From the NCBI RefSeq assembly GCF_032444005.1, contig NC_091286.1, positions 690,990,001 to 691,054,000 of the forward strand: 64,000 bases of DNA, given 5' to 3'. The translations under genes and the position numbers were made by a program. The notes beneath the pieces are model-generated. The model did not search any database and was not told the origin of the DNA. It saw nothing but the letters and a program-made list of their open reading frames with translations. This DNA is from Ranitomeya imitator (taxonomy: Eukaryota). This document shows positions 12,135 through 24,971 of the stretch, piece after piece; position 1 is the stretch's first letter, and every line of letters begins with the position of its first letter.

Positions 12135-12830
12135 GTCAAGAACTGGGTCATCTATTACCTCTTCTTGTAGCTCGTGTGCAACTTCGTCTGTGTCACCGTG
12201 TCGGTCGGTGGTATAGCGTTCGTGATGGGGCAACATAGTCTCATCAGGGTCTGATTCTTGATCATTACCCTGCGAGGGCAATGTTGTGGTCTGAGTCAAA
12301 GGACCAGCATAGTAGTCTAGCTGTGGCTGTGCATCAGTGCACTCCATGTCAGATTCAACTTGTAATGGGCATGGACTGTTAACTGCTTCACTTTCTAAGC
12401 CAGGGACGGTATGTGTAAAGAGCTCCATGGAGTAACCCGTTGTGTCGCCTGCTGCATTCTTCTCTGTTGTTGTTTTTGCTGAAGAGGACAAGGAAGCGAC
12501 TTGTCCCTGACCGTGAACATCCACTAACGACGCGCTGCTTTGACATTTACCAGTTTCACGAGAGGAGGCAAAAGAGCTAGAGGCTGAGTCAGCAAGATAA
12601 GCCAAAACTTGCTCTTGCTGCTCCAGCTTTAAAAGCGGTTTTCCTACTCCCAGAAAAGGGAGCGTTCGAGGCCTTGTGTAGCCAGACGACGAACCTGGCT
12701 CCACAGCTCCAGACTTAGGTGCAATATTTTTTTTCCCACGACCAGCTGATGCTCCACCACTACCACTACCCTCATTACCAGCTGACAATGAACGCCTCTG
12801 GCCACGACCTCTTCCACTAGACTTCCTCAT
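12135..12830 (-). pseudogene. hAT transposase N-terminal low-complexity part, joined to the core by a 1-bp frameshift
   Basis: ATG at 12830. Restoring one base in the GGG run at 12133-12135 gives ...DPVLDPDWQPLGEQGAGG..., continuous with the central ORF. Confidence 0.8.
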
Positions 12831-12979
12831 TGTTTTAAAAACGTAAACAAACTAACGGTATTTGTTGCTGTCACACAACTTACACGGTGAGCTATAACTT
12901 CAGTATGATTTAGCTACCCCTTTACAGGTGAGTGAGACCACAACGAAAATCAGGCACAATGTTACACACTCTGTTGTTG

Positions 12980-14390
12980 GTGGCAACAAATGAGAGAGAT
13001 GCCACACACGCAGGACTGTCACTGAAGCACAAATGTAAATATTAATCTCCCACTGATTTTTTTTTTTTTTTTTTTCAGGGAGACTTTAGGAAAAAAAAAT
13101 AATAGAATAAAATGATTTTTTCAGGAAGAATTTAGAAACCAAATAAAATGATTTTTTCAGGGAGAATTTAGAAAACAAATAAAACAAAAAAAGGCTTTCT
13201 ATAGCCCACTGAGTGAGAGATGACGCACACAGGAGTCAGGAGTGGCACACAAGCCCAGAGGCCAATATTTATCTCCCACTGATTGATGTAGTGATTTTTT
13301 CAGGTAGATTTTGGAACCCAAATCAAGCTAAAAAAATAATAGGCTTTCTATGGCCCACAATTGGAGAGAGAGAGAGAGAGATGGCACACCCAGGAGTCAA
13401 GACTGGCACACAAGCAGAAAGAGCAATATTAATCTCCCACTGATTTTTTTTTTTTTTTTTTTTCAGGGAGACTTTAGGAAAAAAAAATAATAGAATAAAA
13501 TGATTTTTTTCAGGAAGAATTTAGAAACCAAATAAAATAAAATGATTTTTTCAGGGAGAATTTAGAAAACAAATAAAACAAAAAAAGGCTTTCTATGGCC
13601 CACTGAGTGAGAGATGACGCACACAGGAGTCAGGAGTGGCACACAAGCCCAGAGGCCAATATTTATCTCCCACTTTTTATTTTTTTTCAGGGAAAATTTA
13701 TAAACCCAATAAAAAAAATAATAAATAGGCTTTCTATGGCCCACTATCTGAGAGAGAGAGATGGCACGCTTAGGACTGGCACACAAGCCCAAAGGCCAAT
13801 ATTAATCTCCCTTTTATTTTTCAGGGAGAATTTATAAAACCAAAAAAAAAAAAAATAAATAGGCTTTCTATGGCCCACTATTTGTGAGAGAGATGGCACG
13901 CTCAGGACTGGCACACAAGCCCAGAGGCCAATATTAATCTCCCACTTTTTTTTTTTTTGTTCCAGGGAAAATTTATAAACCCAATAAAAAAAATAATAAA
14001 TAGGCTTTCTATGGCCCACTATCTGAGAGAGAGAGATGGCACGCTTAGGACTGGCACACAAGCCCAAAGGCCAATATTAATCTCCCACTGATTGATTTAT
14101 TGATTTTTTCAGGTAGAATTTAGAACCCAAATAAAGCAAAAAAAAAAAAAATGGGCTTTCTATGGCCCACTGAGTGAGTGATGATGCACACAGGAGTCAG
14201 GAGTGGCACACAAGCCCTGAGGCCAATATTTTTCTCCCACTGATTGATGTAGTGATTTTTTCAGGTAGATTTGAGAACCCAAATCAAGCAAAAAAATAAA
14301 TAGGCTTTCTATGGCCCACTGACTGAGAAATGACACAGACAGGGATGGCACTCTAGCAGAAATGTCAATCTTAATCTCCCACAAAAAAAA
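12980..14390. repeat. Irregular tandem array in the hAT 5' region (~9 units, roughly 130-230 bp)
   Basis: Core GAGAGATGGCACGC..AGGACTGGCACACAAGCCCA(A/G)AGGCCAATATTAATCTCCCAC is repeated, with poly-A/T linkers of variable length. Confidence 0.9.
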
Positions 14391-14849
14391 AAAAAAAAAA
14401 AAAAAAAACAGGGAGTGTCCAACAATTACTATCTCCCTGCAGTAATCTCAGCCAGGTATGGCAGGCAGCAATAAGGAGTGGACTGATGCACAAATTAAAT
14501 AAAAAGTGTGGACAAACAAAAAAGATAGCTGTGCAGAAAGGAAGGAACAAGAGGATTTGTGCTTTGAAAAAAGCAGTTGGTTTGCACAGCGGCGTACACA
14601 CAGCAATGCAGCTATCAGGGAGCCTTCTAGGGCAGCCCAATGAGCTACAGCGCTGAGGGGAAAAAAAAAATGTAGCTTCCACTGTCCCTGCACACCGAAG
14701 GTGGTGTTGGGCAGTGGAAATCGCTACAGCACAAGCGGTTTGGTGGTTAATGGACCCTGCCTAACGCTATCCCTGCTTCTGACGAAGCGGCAGCAACCTC
14801 TCCCTAAGCTCAGATCAGCAGCAGTAACATGGCGGTCGGCGGGAACGCC

Positions 14850-14975
14850 CCTTTATAGCCCCTGTGACGCCACAGACAGCAAGCCAATCACTGCAATGCC
14901 CTTCTCTAAGATGGTGGGGACCAGGACCTATGTCATCACGCTGCCCACACTCTGCGTTTACCTTCATTGGCTGAG
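14850..14975 (-). promoter_or_regulatory. Candidate hAT internal promoter (TATA plus CCAAT boxes)
   Basis: Minus-strand TATAAA at 14857-14852 and CCAAT motifs near 14884 and 14966-14970, in CpG-rich subterminal DNA oriented toward the transposase. Motif match only. Confidence 0.3.
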
Positions 14976-17396
14976 AAATGGCGCTTTTCGCGTCATTGAA
15001 ACGCGACTTTGGCGCGAAAGTCGCGTACCGCATGGCCGACCCCGCACAGGGGTCGGATCGGGTTTCATGAAACCCGACTTTGCCAAAAGTCGGCGACTTT
15101 TGAAAATGAACGACCCGTTTCGCTCAACCCTAGTGGCCAGTTCTGATTCTACTGTGGAACACATCAGGTGGGTGCGGAGTCCCAACCTAGCAAACTTGCA
15201 TTAATCCAGCGTAAGGGGGAGTGCGTTTCTGTTGTGGCAAAAAGGGTCATTTTGTGAGCACATGTCCTACCCATTACTTGTTTAAACAACAGATGGAAAA
15301 CTAGAGGGCCCGGGTTGCGGGAAGGTTGGCAACTCGGGTGTACTCATAATCTCAGGGAAAAGACTCATTTTTTTCCTTCCAGCTAGTTTATATGTGGGTG
15401 AAAATAAGGTGGATGTTTCCGCCTTCTTGGACAGTGGGGCGGGGTTTAATTTGGTCAACGCAAGGCTCGTCTGGGACCAAGGCCTTGTCCCACATACCTT
15501 GTCCAGACTGATACCAATTATAGCTATCAATTCCGGCCCTCTAAAACAGGGGCACTTCACACAGGTAGTCCATGACTTGCAGCTACAGGTGGGGGCCATA
15601 TGCTCTGAGGTGTTAAACTGCTACATGCTTGAGGGCCTGCCCTCACCTGTGGTACTGGGACTTCCTTGGATCTCTCTGCAAAATCCGGTAATTGATTGGC
15701 AGACACAGGAAGTGGTAAAGTTGAGTACATACTGTCAACGACACTGTATGGGTACCCAGTTGGCAAAGGTGGATACTCAGTCTGTGCCCCATTACCTGTC
15801 AGACTTTGAGTATGTGTTTTCTGAGCAGGGAGCCAAAAGCTTCCCACTCATCATCCTTATGATTGTGCTATTAGTCTGGTTCCTTGTGCCAAGCTGCCCA
15901 AGAGCAGACGCTATAACATCTCTGGTCCAGAAAGGCAGGCCATGAAGGACTATATTACGGAAAGTTTGGTTAAGGGTCATATCCAACCATCCTCTTCTCC
16001 CCTTGCTGAGGAGTTCTTTTTTTAAGAAGAAGGATGGGGGTTACGTCCTTGCTTGGTTCCATATCTGTTACCTCTGATCCCTTACCCTCTTTAGTCAAAT
16101 TGTTGGAGCAAAATGGTTCTGTTAGATGGACCTCAGTGGGGCGTACAAACTCATTCGCATTAAGGAGAAGGATGAGTGGAAGACTGCGCTCAATACACCA
16201 GAAGGACACTACGAGAATCTGGTGATCTCTTTTGGGTTGATGAACGTGCCCGCTGTCTTCCAGCACTTTATCAATGACATCTTTAGTCACCTAGTAGGCA
16301 GGTTTGTTGTTATCTACCTGGATGACATTCTTGTTTATTCACCTGACCTTGATTCACACCAGCGACATGTCAGACAAGTCCTACACATACTACGTAACAA
16401 TAAATTATATGTAAAACCCGAGACGTGTATGTTCTCAGTTGAGGAGATCCCTTTCCTTGGATATGTATTATCTGCCATAGATTTTCCCATGGATCCGGTG
16501 AAAGTCCAGGCAGCATTGGAGTGGGATCATCCTTAGGATTTGAAAGCCTTACAAAGGTTTTTGGGTTTCACCAATTACTACCGTAAATTTTAAAAAAACC
16601 TTTTCGGTAGTTGCCAAACCGCTCACTGCTATGACTAAGAAGGAGGCTGACTTCTCCAGGTGGTCCAGTCCTGGCATGGAGGCATTTGACACATTGAAAG
16701 GTGTTTTGCTTCTGTGACGATTCTTATTCAACCTGATGTCATTCAGCCTTTCATTGTTGAGGTGGATGCATCCGAAGTGGGAGTGGGGGCTGTATTGTCG
16801 CAGGGTGCATCTCCTGGTAAATGGCCCACAAGAGAAAAAGAGCCAGTCGTAAACACTGCACACCACAAAATATAATTGAAAATATAAAGAGGTAAACTTT
16901 TAGTGGTTTACAGATAAAAACATTTAAAAACAGTGAAAAATACCAATCCCCATACTAATCCCTACAAATGACAGTAGCTAGAAAGAGCAAATATCCTGCA
17001 CAATACATAAATAATGTATCACATCAATAAGACAATAAAGACGCAGTATATGACTCAAAAAGTACCCTATCTGATATAGCCTCTTGAACACACAAGAACC
17101 TCAACCGTGAGGAATGTATACACTGCCTAAGGGGGCCGGAGCGAAGGAAGAAATATATGTCTAGTCACTTCCAATATGCTCACAGATATATAAGCCCACT
17201 AATGAAAGCGGTGATAAAGAGCCCAGGACCCATGTAGATAATACAATTGCGCACCTAGTAAAAGCATATAGTTACCATGGACAAGGAGCATGCATAAAGG
17301 TCCCAGGTCCAGCAATATAACTGGTGCAGAGCATATGAAAAAATGCCAAAAGAAGAGGGCAAAAGGGCAAGGGGCAGGGATAGGTATGGGGAGACA

Positions 17397-17437
17397 CCCC
17401 ACGCGTATCGCCGTTACAGGGACGGCTTTGTCAGGGG
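17397..17437 (-). ncRNA. Degenerate minimal type I hammerhead-ribozyme-like motif in the Penelope pLTR
   Basis: Minus strand CCC CTGACAA A GCCGT-ccctgta-ACGGC GATAC GC GTG GGG. Stems I and II pair, but the core deviates from CUGANGA/GAAA/NUH at three positions. Confidence 0.55.
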
Positions 17438-18430
17438 AAGAGTAGTAAAAACGCTACCAAAACGAGTTTAAATACCCTATGGTATGATCAGGAATGAGCG
17501 AGGCGCGCCTAGAGCCCGGAACCGGAAGTGACACAAAGTCCGGGCGGAAGGACATGAAAGGGCAGACGTCTCTGCCAGTACTGCACAATGCGCATGCGCC
17601 CAGATCCCCAGCACATTATGCATAAGGTAGATAAGAGTGTAAACAGAGACCCCCAAAGATGGAAAGAAGGGGAGAGGAGGGCGTGCAGAGCAAGCACCCC
17701 AGAAAAACACATATATAAGACGGGGAGGAGCCAACCATACCCATGCACACACATGGATGTTAATAGGGAGACAAAATACACAAATCATAAGGAGAAATAA
17801 TCCCCACAAAATGTCATGGATCAATAAAATAAAGAAGTCATTATAGCATAATGGTGTAATATTTTATTCAAAAAATAAAGAGAAAAGAGAAAGAGAAAAT
17901 ATGTAGAAAAAATAAATAAAAATAATATGTAGAAAAAAATAAATAATAATAATAATAATAATAAATTAGTAGCCTGCACCAGTGCAAACATTTTTTTTTT
18001 TTTTTTTGGAATATATGGCCTTTGGGACATACATAAATTGAAGATAGCAAACCTAGACCCGTATGATATCCGTCCAGGAACCATATCGAGATACAGATCA
18101 TACTGAGCAAACAGAGTAGAGTTCGTATTATAGCCAATATATATCTCCATAAGGTAAACCTATATATCTAGATAGTCCCATAGTCCCGATAACAAGAGTC
18201 CACAGATATATAACATATTATTACTCCTAAATTCCTGGCCCCAAACGGACCTCCATTCAAATTTACATACAAGGATATTACAAGCCATATATGGAAAAAG
18301 CTCGATCCAGTTTGTATCCATGTGTCCAAGACCCTTGTCCAGAAGTCAAAAGGACCAAACAGATAATGAACTCCATGATAAACAGGACCTAGAAAATGGA
18401 TATAAGAAAAACATACGGTCAAAAATCAGT

Positions 18431-19180
18431 TCATCCCAAGAAGCCAGTAAAAAGCAGGTCCTCATTGATACCAAGAGGAGCTGTAGAATGTAACAAATAA
18501 AACCAACATGCTTCTGCCTGTAAAAGCTTGCGCTCAAGTGATTCTCCTCTACCCGAACCTCGGACATGCTCTAGACCAATAATACTGGTTCCTGCGTGTC
18601 TACCTGCATGTTGCGTTAAAAAATGCGATGCCACTGTGGTGAGAGCCTTGCCCCTGCGGGAGTCAGCCGATGCAGTGTTGATCGTAGATAAATGCTTCTG
18701 AATACGTCGACGAAGCTCCTGAGACGTCTGTCCCACATATATAAGTGGGCATGGGCAAACAATTGCATAAATGACGTTTGTGGTCTTGCAATTGATGTAA
18801 GATTTTAACCCATGTGTGATGTGATCAGTAGGGTTACAAAAACCATCCCTTACTGGCCGCATATACTGGCAGACGTTACAATATCCGCAGGGAAAGGAGC
18901 CCCTAAGCGAGATTCCCCGGTTCAATCTTACCGTGGGCCTGGTGTAATGACTTCTCGTGACAATGTCTCTCAAATTTGGTGCCCTCCTGGCCGTCATCAA
19001 AGGCCGCTCACTGACAATCTGCGATGTTACCAAATCTGTGGTTAGGATGCCCCAATGTTTTTGCAAAATCCTTCTTACCTTGGACCAGTGAGTGTTATAT
19101 CCTGTAATGAAATGGACAAATTTATCTGGCGGCTTCTTTTTCGGCTCCAGCAAGGAGACCTGCGACTGGTTATTGGCCCT
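18431..19180 (-). pseudogene. Penelope GIY-YIG endonuclease C-terminal ORF fragment
   Basis: RRAPNLRDIV...CGYCNVC...INCKTTNVIYAIVCPCPLIYVGQTSQELRRRIQKH...SHF...GINE. The RT has been lost by 5' truncation. Confidence 0.9.
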
Positions 19181-19522
19181 CTGGTAAATGGCATCCATCC
19201 GCATACTTTTCTAAAAAACTTTCGTCAGCTGAGAGAAACCATGATATTGGTAAGAATCTGGTTTACTTGGAGTCGGCAAAACGTCTTACACCTCGTCAGG
19301 CAAGATGGGCATTATTCTTAACAGAGTTCAACTTCTTTGTTACTTTTATGCCAGGAGCAAAAATGTTAAGGCAGATGCTCTGTCCTGTTGCTTTCCTGGG
19401 GGAGGCGATAAGTGCAAACCGGTACCTATTTTCCAAAAAGTGGTAGTGATGGTGTCTATATGCTGCAATCTTGAAAGAGAGGTTGCTGACGCTCAGTAGA
19501 TGCCCCGCTAACTGTCCACTTG

Positions 19523-20030
19523 CTTATTTACTGTGACTTTTTTACAACAGAGTATTTTTTGACCTCTCTGTGCGCTTTTGTGTCTTCAAGTTCTTTGGTG
19601 GTGTGAACAGGTTTCTACAGACTTGTTCACTGTGCAAGTATCCCATGTGTTTTTTCATTTTATAATTGTTCTCTTGTTTCTAAAAGACTGGGGAGTCCAC
19701 CACTCCTCTGTGGGTCATTTGCATTGTAGCTGTTCCATCTTGCATGTTCCACATGGATATTTTCTCTCTGAACCCTGCTCATACAGGTACTATACAGATG
19801 ATCAGGTTTTTAAATACATCAGATAGTGATTATATACATTAGACAGGACTGCTCTATTATGGGTATACCTTGGCAATTGGTGGAGCAGCTTAACATACTT
19901 TTTTTTTGCAAAAAAACGTATTAACTAAATACCCTGTATTTTTTTCATTTTTTGACTAGCACTTGCCTATTTACGGTGACTTTTTTACAACAGAGTACTT
20001 TTTGACCTCTCTGTGCGCTTTTGTGTCTAC
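19523..20030. mobile_element. Unclassified 508-bp insertion with terminal direct repeats
   Basis: 11-bp TSD CTGTCCACTTG (19512-19522, 20031-20041). ~69-bp direct repeat at 19517-19585 and 19960-20028. Confidence 0.75.
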
Positions 20031-21834
20031 CTGTCCACTTGGTAAACTGTTTCTTCTGGTCAATTTCCATCTTAGATTCCTCAGTGAACATCAGGATACA
20101 GTGCTGGTTGGACATACGGGGAATAAGGCCACTGCTGATCTACTTACTCTGCGTTTTTGGTGGCCAGGCGCTTATAAGGATGTTCGGGAGTATGTGGCCG
20201 CCTGCAATATCTGTGCACGTTCTAAGACCTCACATCCTCGTCTGTCAGGGGCTCTCCAACCATTGGAGATTCCCAGCAGACCTTGGACTCATTTGTCTGT
20301 CGATTTTTATTACAGATCTACATGTGTCTGCAGGGAACACTGTAATCATGGTGGTGGTGGACAGGGTCAGTAAAATGTCTCATTTTATTGCTTTGCCAGC
20401 TTTGCCTAATACCAAAACTCTGGCGCAAATCTTTGTCAGTGAAATAATCAGACTGCATGCGATTCCTACCGAAATTGTATCGGATCGAGGGGTGCAATTT
20501 ATCTCCAAATTCTTGAGGGCACATGTTTTTACTTGATATATCTTAATAAAATTGGAATATTTTACTATTTTTGATAGTGTTGCTTCTTCTGTATCACTAT
20601 TTGTTTTTAGTACCTTGTGTTGAAGGGATCTCTAATTATTTGCATAAGAGGATTATTACTGGTTTTCTGAATAAATTCTTACATTTACACCATGAAAATT
20701 CCAGCCAGTAGAGAAACCCCTGCAATGCCGAATATACTGCCCAAAACAGCCTGGCTTTATAAATTGTAGCAGAGCCAGGTAGTACAGGGTTAAGTCCTAG
20801 CTCTGCAGCATTTGATTAGATGCAGCAGCTTAGCAGTTTACTAGAAGCAGGGCTTGGGTTCACTAGGTGTGCCACTCTGCTGGATGGAGCAGAATCCAGT
20901 GTGCTGCTGGTGAGTAAACAGCCAAAATGGGAGCTGTAGCCAAGAGATGTATTGGGGGTTTCTCTCTTAATTGAGATTGCATAGGTCAGCTAAGTAAGCA
21001 GAGCAATCAATTTGTGGGAGCTGTAGAGAACAGTGAGGAAGCTGCAGCCTGTTTAATGTGAAATATTCCCAGAGTTAAACACTTCAATTTGTCTTTGGAA
21101 ACTACTAGAGCTCAGGCTGAAGGAGAGTGAGACTGGTGGGACCTAATGCCTACCTGAAAGAGTAAATCCTTACAACTGGTGGATGAAGTGTAGATCTGAA
21201 GTTCCAGAGAGCACAAGTGATTGCAGCGTAAAGACTGACGGTCCTGAGTAACGGCAGCAAAAGCATGACAAACACAGTTGAAAAGCATGGAAGAACTGTC
21301 CTGCTTGAAGGTGACATTGCTGCTGTGTCATGGCATCGCTGGTGAGCCGGGAGCCATCTATTTAAGCAGAGTTGTGCGTAGGAGACCAGGGTCTGCAGTG
21401 CTGTGAGACGAGGTTCACATAGCACCTCAGTAAGAGATGATGGAACTGATCAAGTCCCAAAACCAAAGCACTGCAGCATAGGCTGATGCAACTCCTACTT
21501 CATCTACTCTGCCTGGAGTGCTGCTCCTCATCCTGGTGAGGGGCCTCATGCATACCAGGTAACAGTAAATGGTGCCCATGTGACGGGACTTTGAGCCTCA
21601 GAGAGTTTTGATACCCTGATTAGTGCTACAATTCCACATGTGCTAGTCCTTAGGATGGGGTGGGGATGAGGTATATCCATGAAGAGACCAAAAACTATCC
21701 AATGGCCAAGGTCGACATATACAGAGATGAGCAAGTCATTTGAAATTCAAATTAGTTGTCAACTACAAACTTTGAAAAATCTTTTGATTTGAATATTATA
21801 ATTAACCAGTTAATGACCACCAATACGCCTTTAA

Positions 21835-24366
21835 ATCCTTACCGACATTGGGCATAATAGTATGCCGATGTCGGAATCCCCCGCTTTAATGTAGGTTAAG
21901 TCGGTGAGCCCACATCTTTTCCAGGATATGTCAGCTGTTTTGAACATGTGCCCGCAATAGCCGCGGGTGCAATCGTGATCCACCCGCGACTATTAACTAG
22001 TTAAATGCCGCTGTCAAACTCTGACAGCGGCATTTAACCCCTTCATGACCGTGGGATTTTTCGTTTTTCCATGTTCGTTTTTCACTCCCCTCCTTCCCAG
22101 AGCCATAACTTTTTTATTTTTCCGTCAATTTGGCCATGTGAGGGCTTATTTTTTGCGGGACGAGTTGTACTTTTGAACGACAACATTGGTTTTACCATGT
22201 CGTGTACTAGAAAATGGGAAAAAAAATTCCAAGTGCGGTGAAATTGCAAAAAAAGTGCAGTCCCACACTTGTTTTTTGTTTGGCTTTTTTGCTAGGTTCA
22301 CTACATGCTTAAAATGACCTGACATTATGATTCTCCAGGTCAGTACGAGTTCATAGACACCAAACATGACTAGGTTATTTTTTACCTAAGTGGTGAAAAA
22401 AAATTCCAAACTTTGCTAAAAAAAAAAAATAAAAATAAATATTGCGCCATTTTCCGATACCCGTAGCGTCTCTATTTTTCATGATCTGGGGTTGGTTGAG
22501 GGCTTATTTTTTGCATGCCGAGATGAGGTTTTTAATGATAGAATTTTGGTGCAGATACGTTCTTTTGATCGCCCGTTATTGCATTTAAATGCAATGTCGC
22601 GGTGACCAAAAAAACGTAATTCTGGCGTTTCGAATTTTTTTCTTGCTACACCGTTTAGCGATCAGGTTAATGCTTTTTTTTAATTGATAGATCGGGCGAT
22701 TCTGAGCGCGGCGATACCAAATATGTGTAGATTTGATTTTTTTTATTGATTTATTTTGATTGGGGCGAAAGGGGGGTGATTTAAACTTTTATATTTTTTT
22801 TATTTTTTTAACATTTTTTTCAACTTTTTTTTTTTTACTTTTGCCATGCTTCAATAGCCTCCATGGGAGGCTAGAAGCAGGCACAACGCGATCGCCTCTG
22901 CTACATAGCAGCGATCTGCTGATCACTGCTATGTAGCAGAAATGGAGGTGTGCTGTGAGCGCCGACCACAGGGGGGCGCTCACAGCCACCGGTGATCAGT
23001 AACCATAGAGGTCTCAAGGACCTCTATGGTTACAATGGAGATGCATCGCCGACCCCCGATCATGTGACGGGGGTCGGCGATGACGTCATTTCCGGCCGCC
23101 CGGACGGAAGCGGTAGTTAAATGCCGCTGTCTGCGTTTGACAGCGGCATTTAACTAGTTAATAGGTGCGGGCAGATCGCGATTCTGCCCGCGCCTATTAC
23201 GGGCACATGTCAGCTGTTCAAAACAGCTGACATGTCCCGGCTTTGGTGCGGGCTCACCGCGGAGCCCTGCATCAAAGCAGGGGAGCCGGCATCGGACGGT
23301 ATAGAACGTCCGATGCCGGTAAGGGGTTAAATCGCGCTTCCAGCCATTGAGCCTTTAATACGCGCACCGGTGACCCCTGTCATCAGTTCGTCGGTATGAC
23401 AACCAGAGGACTCCTCGAGAGCTCTCTGGTTGTCCCTGCCGGATTGCTATGAGCGCCACCCAGTGTTTGGCGGCGCCCATAGCAAGTCAGTATATCTGCT
23501 ACATAGAGGCAATCTGAACATCGCTTCTATGTAGCAGAGCCGATCGAGTAATGGCAGCTTCTAGTCTCCTATAGAGACTATTGAAGCATGCCAAAACTTA
23601 AAGAAAAATGTTTTTAAAAATATAAAAAAAATATAAAAGTTCAAATTACCCCTATTTTGCCCCATTCAAAATAAAACAATAAAACAAATCAAACCTACAC
23701 ATATTTGGTATCGTCACATTCAGAATCGCCCGCTCTATCAATAAAATAAGGATTATCCTGAGTGCTAAATGGCGTAGTGATAAAAAAAGTGAAAACGACA
23801 GAATTTATTTTTTTGGTTGACGCGACATTAAAATGCAATAACGGGAGATCAGAAGATCGTACCGGCACCAAAATGATATCACCAAAAACAATAAAAACTC
23901 GGCTAAAAAAAATGTATCCCTCAACCAATCCGAGATCTCATAAAATGGAGATGCTATAGGTATCGGAAAATTGTGCAATTTGTTTTTTTTTGGGGGGGGA
24001 TTTTTTTTCACCAGTTAGATAAAAAAGAACCTAGATATGTATGGTGTCTATGAACTCGCAATATCCTGGAGAATCATAATGGCAGGTCAGTTTTAGCATT
24101 TAGTGAACCTAGCAGAAAAGCCAAACGAAAAACAAGTGTGGGATTGCACTTTTTTTTGCAATTTCACCGCACTTGGATTTTTTTCCCATTGTCTAGTACA
24201 CGACATGGTAAAACCAATGATGTTGTTCAAAAGTACAACTCGTTCTGCAAAATATAAGCCCTCACATGGCCATATTGATGGAATAATAAACAAAGTTATG
24301 GCCCTAGGAAGGAGGGGAGTGAAAAACGAAAACGCAAAACGAAAAAAAGCTTCTGGGGTGAAGGGA
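21835..24366 (-). mobile_element. Older piggyBac-type non-autonomous element (host copy)
   Basis: Degenerate ends TTAA-ATCCTTACCG and GAAGGGATAA. Its segments are reverse-complement homologues of the inner copy. Confidence 0.7.
22038..23326 (+). mobile_element. piggyBac-type non-autonomous element nested in an inverted copy of its own family
   Basis: TTAA TSD (22034-22037, 23327-23330), CCCCTT...AAGGGG ends and internal hairpins. Confidence 0.85.
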
Positions 24367-24399
24367 TAAAATAACATTGGCACTGGGGATTAAGAGTAT

Positions 24400-24971
24400 A
24401 GCGCCTCCTGGCACAGAGCCCCAGATTTTCCACTTCTTAATCACAGTGTGAACGCTGTTGACTGGCATTATCAATTCCTTGGATATCTTGTTTAATCCCT
24501 TTTCTGTTGTATACAGTTCAACTACCTTTTCCTGTAGATCCGTTGACAATTCTTTTGCTTTCTCCATGACTCTAAATCCAGAAATGTCAGTGGCTGGATG
24601 AAAGATGCAAGAGTCTGTCTGGATCCCAGAAACTGAGTCAGCTTTTATGCAAACATTTTGATTACAAGCAAACAGGTCACAGGTGAGGATGCTATCTTTA
24701 GTAGCCATTCACACCCATTTGTGTCAACTTCTGTGCATGTTATCAGGCTGCAATCACAAGGGTATGTAAACTTTTGATCAGGGTCATTTGGATGTTTTGG
24801 GTTGTCACTATGATTTAAAAAGTGAAAACACAGTAGCTTGACAATAAATGGCTTCACCCAACCGCTAACCATGTGTGGAGGAAAAGTTTTGGTGTTATCA
24901 TTCATATTCTCTGAAAAAAGGCTAAGAAAGCAAAAATTCTGTCGGGGTATGTAAACTTTTGAGCACAACTG
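24400..24971 (-). mobile_element. Tc1-like element left end with transposase N-terminal relic
   Basis: TA-CAGTTGTGCTCAAAAGTTTACATAC terminus, inner direct repeat GTATGTAAACTTTTGA (IR/DR type), and MEKAKELSTDLQEKVVELY...ISKEL...VHTVIKKWK from ATG 24567. Confidence 0.85.

Larger units (their letters stand above)
1..15132 (-). mobile_element. Large hAT DNA transposon (left end outside the window) with internal satellite arrays and a nested L2
   Basis: Terminus TAGGGTTGAGCGAAACG on the minus strand (15116-15132). Encloses a hAT transposase in three pieces (12830-12135, 12132-9803, 4547-4005). The 8 bp outside the end, GTGGCCAG (15133-15140), is the candidate TSD. Inclusion of the arrays at 1-3540 is inferred because no second terminus is seen. 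Confidence 0.8.
16826..19180 (-). mobile_element. 5'-truncated Penelope-like element inserted in the Gypsy RNase H
   Basis: 12-bp TSD CTGGTAAATGGC (16814-16825, 19181-19192). GIY-YIG ORF followed by a long AT-rich 3'/pLTR region. Confidence 0.9.
15133..20520 (+). mobile_element. Decayed Ty3/Gypsy gag-pol relic with two nested insertions
   Basis: Zinc knuckle FCCGKKGHFVSTC (~15226-15268); protease LDSGAG; RT DLSGAY...WKTA...YLDDILVYS; RNase H FIVEVDASEVGVGAVLSQ and RQARW...KNVKADAL; integrase H..GH...CNIC, PWTHLSVDF, IVSDRGVQF. Many frameshifts. Confidence 0.92.

Noticed and set aside
19181-19204. Start MRMDAIYQR of the ORF-track GIY-YIG protein
   Set aside because: Lies in the TSD/antisense Gypsy flank; the Penelope sequence begins at 19180.
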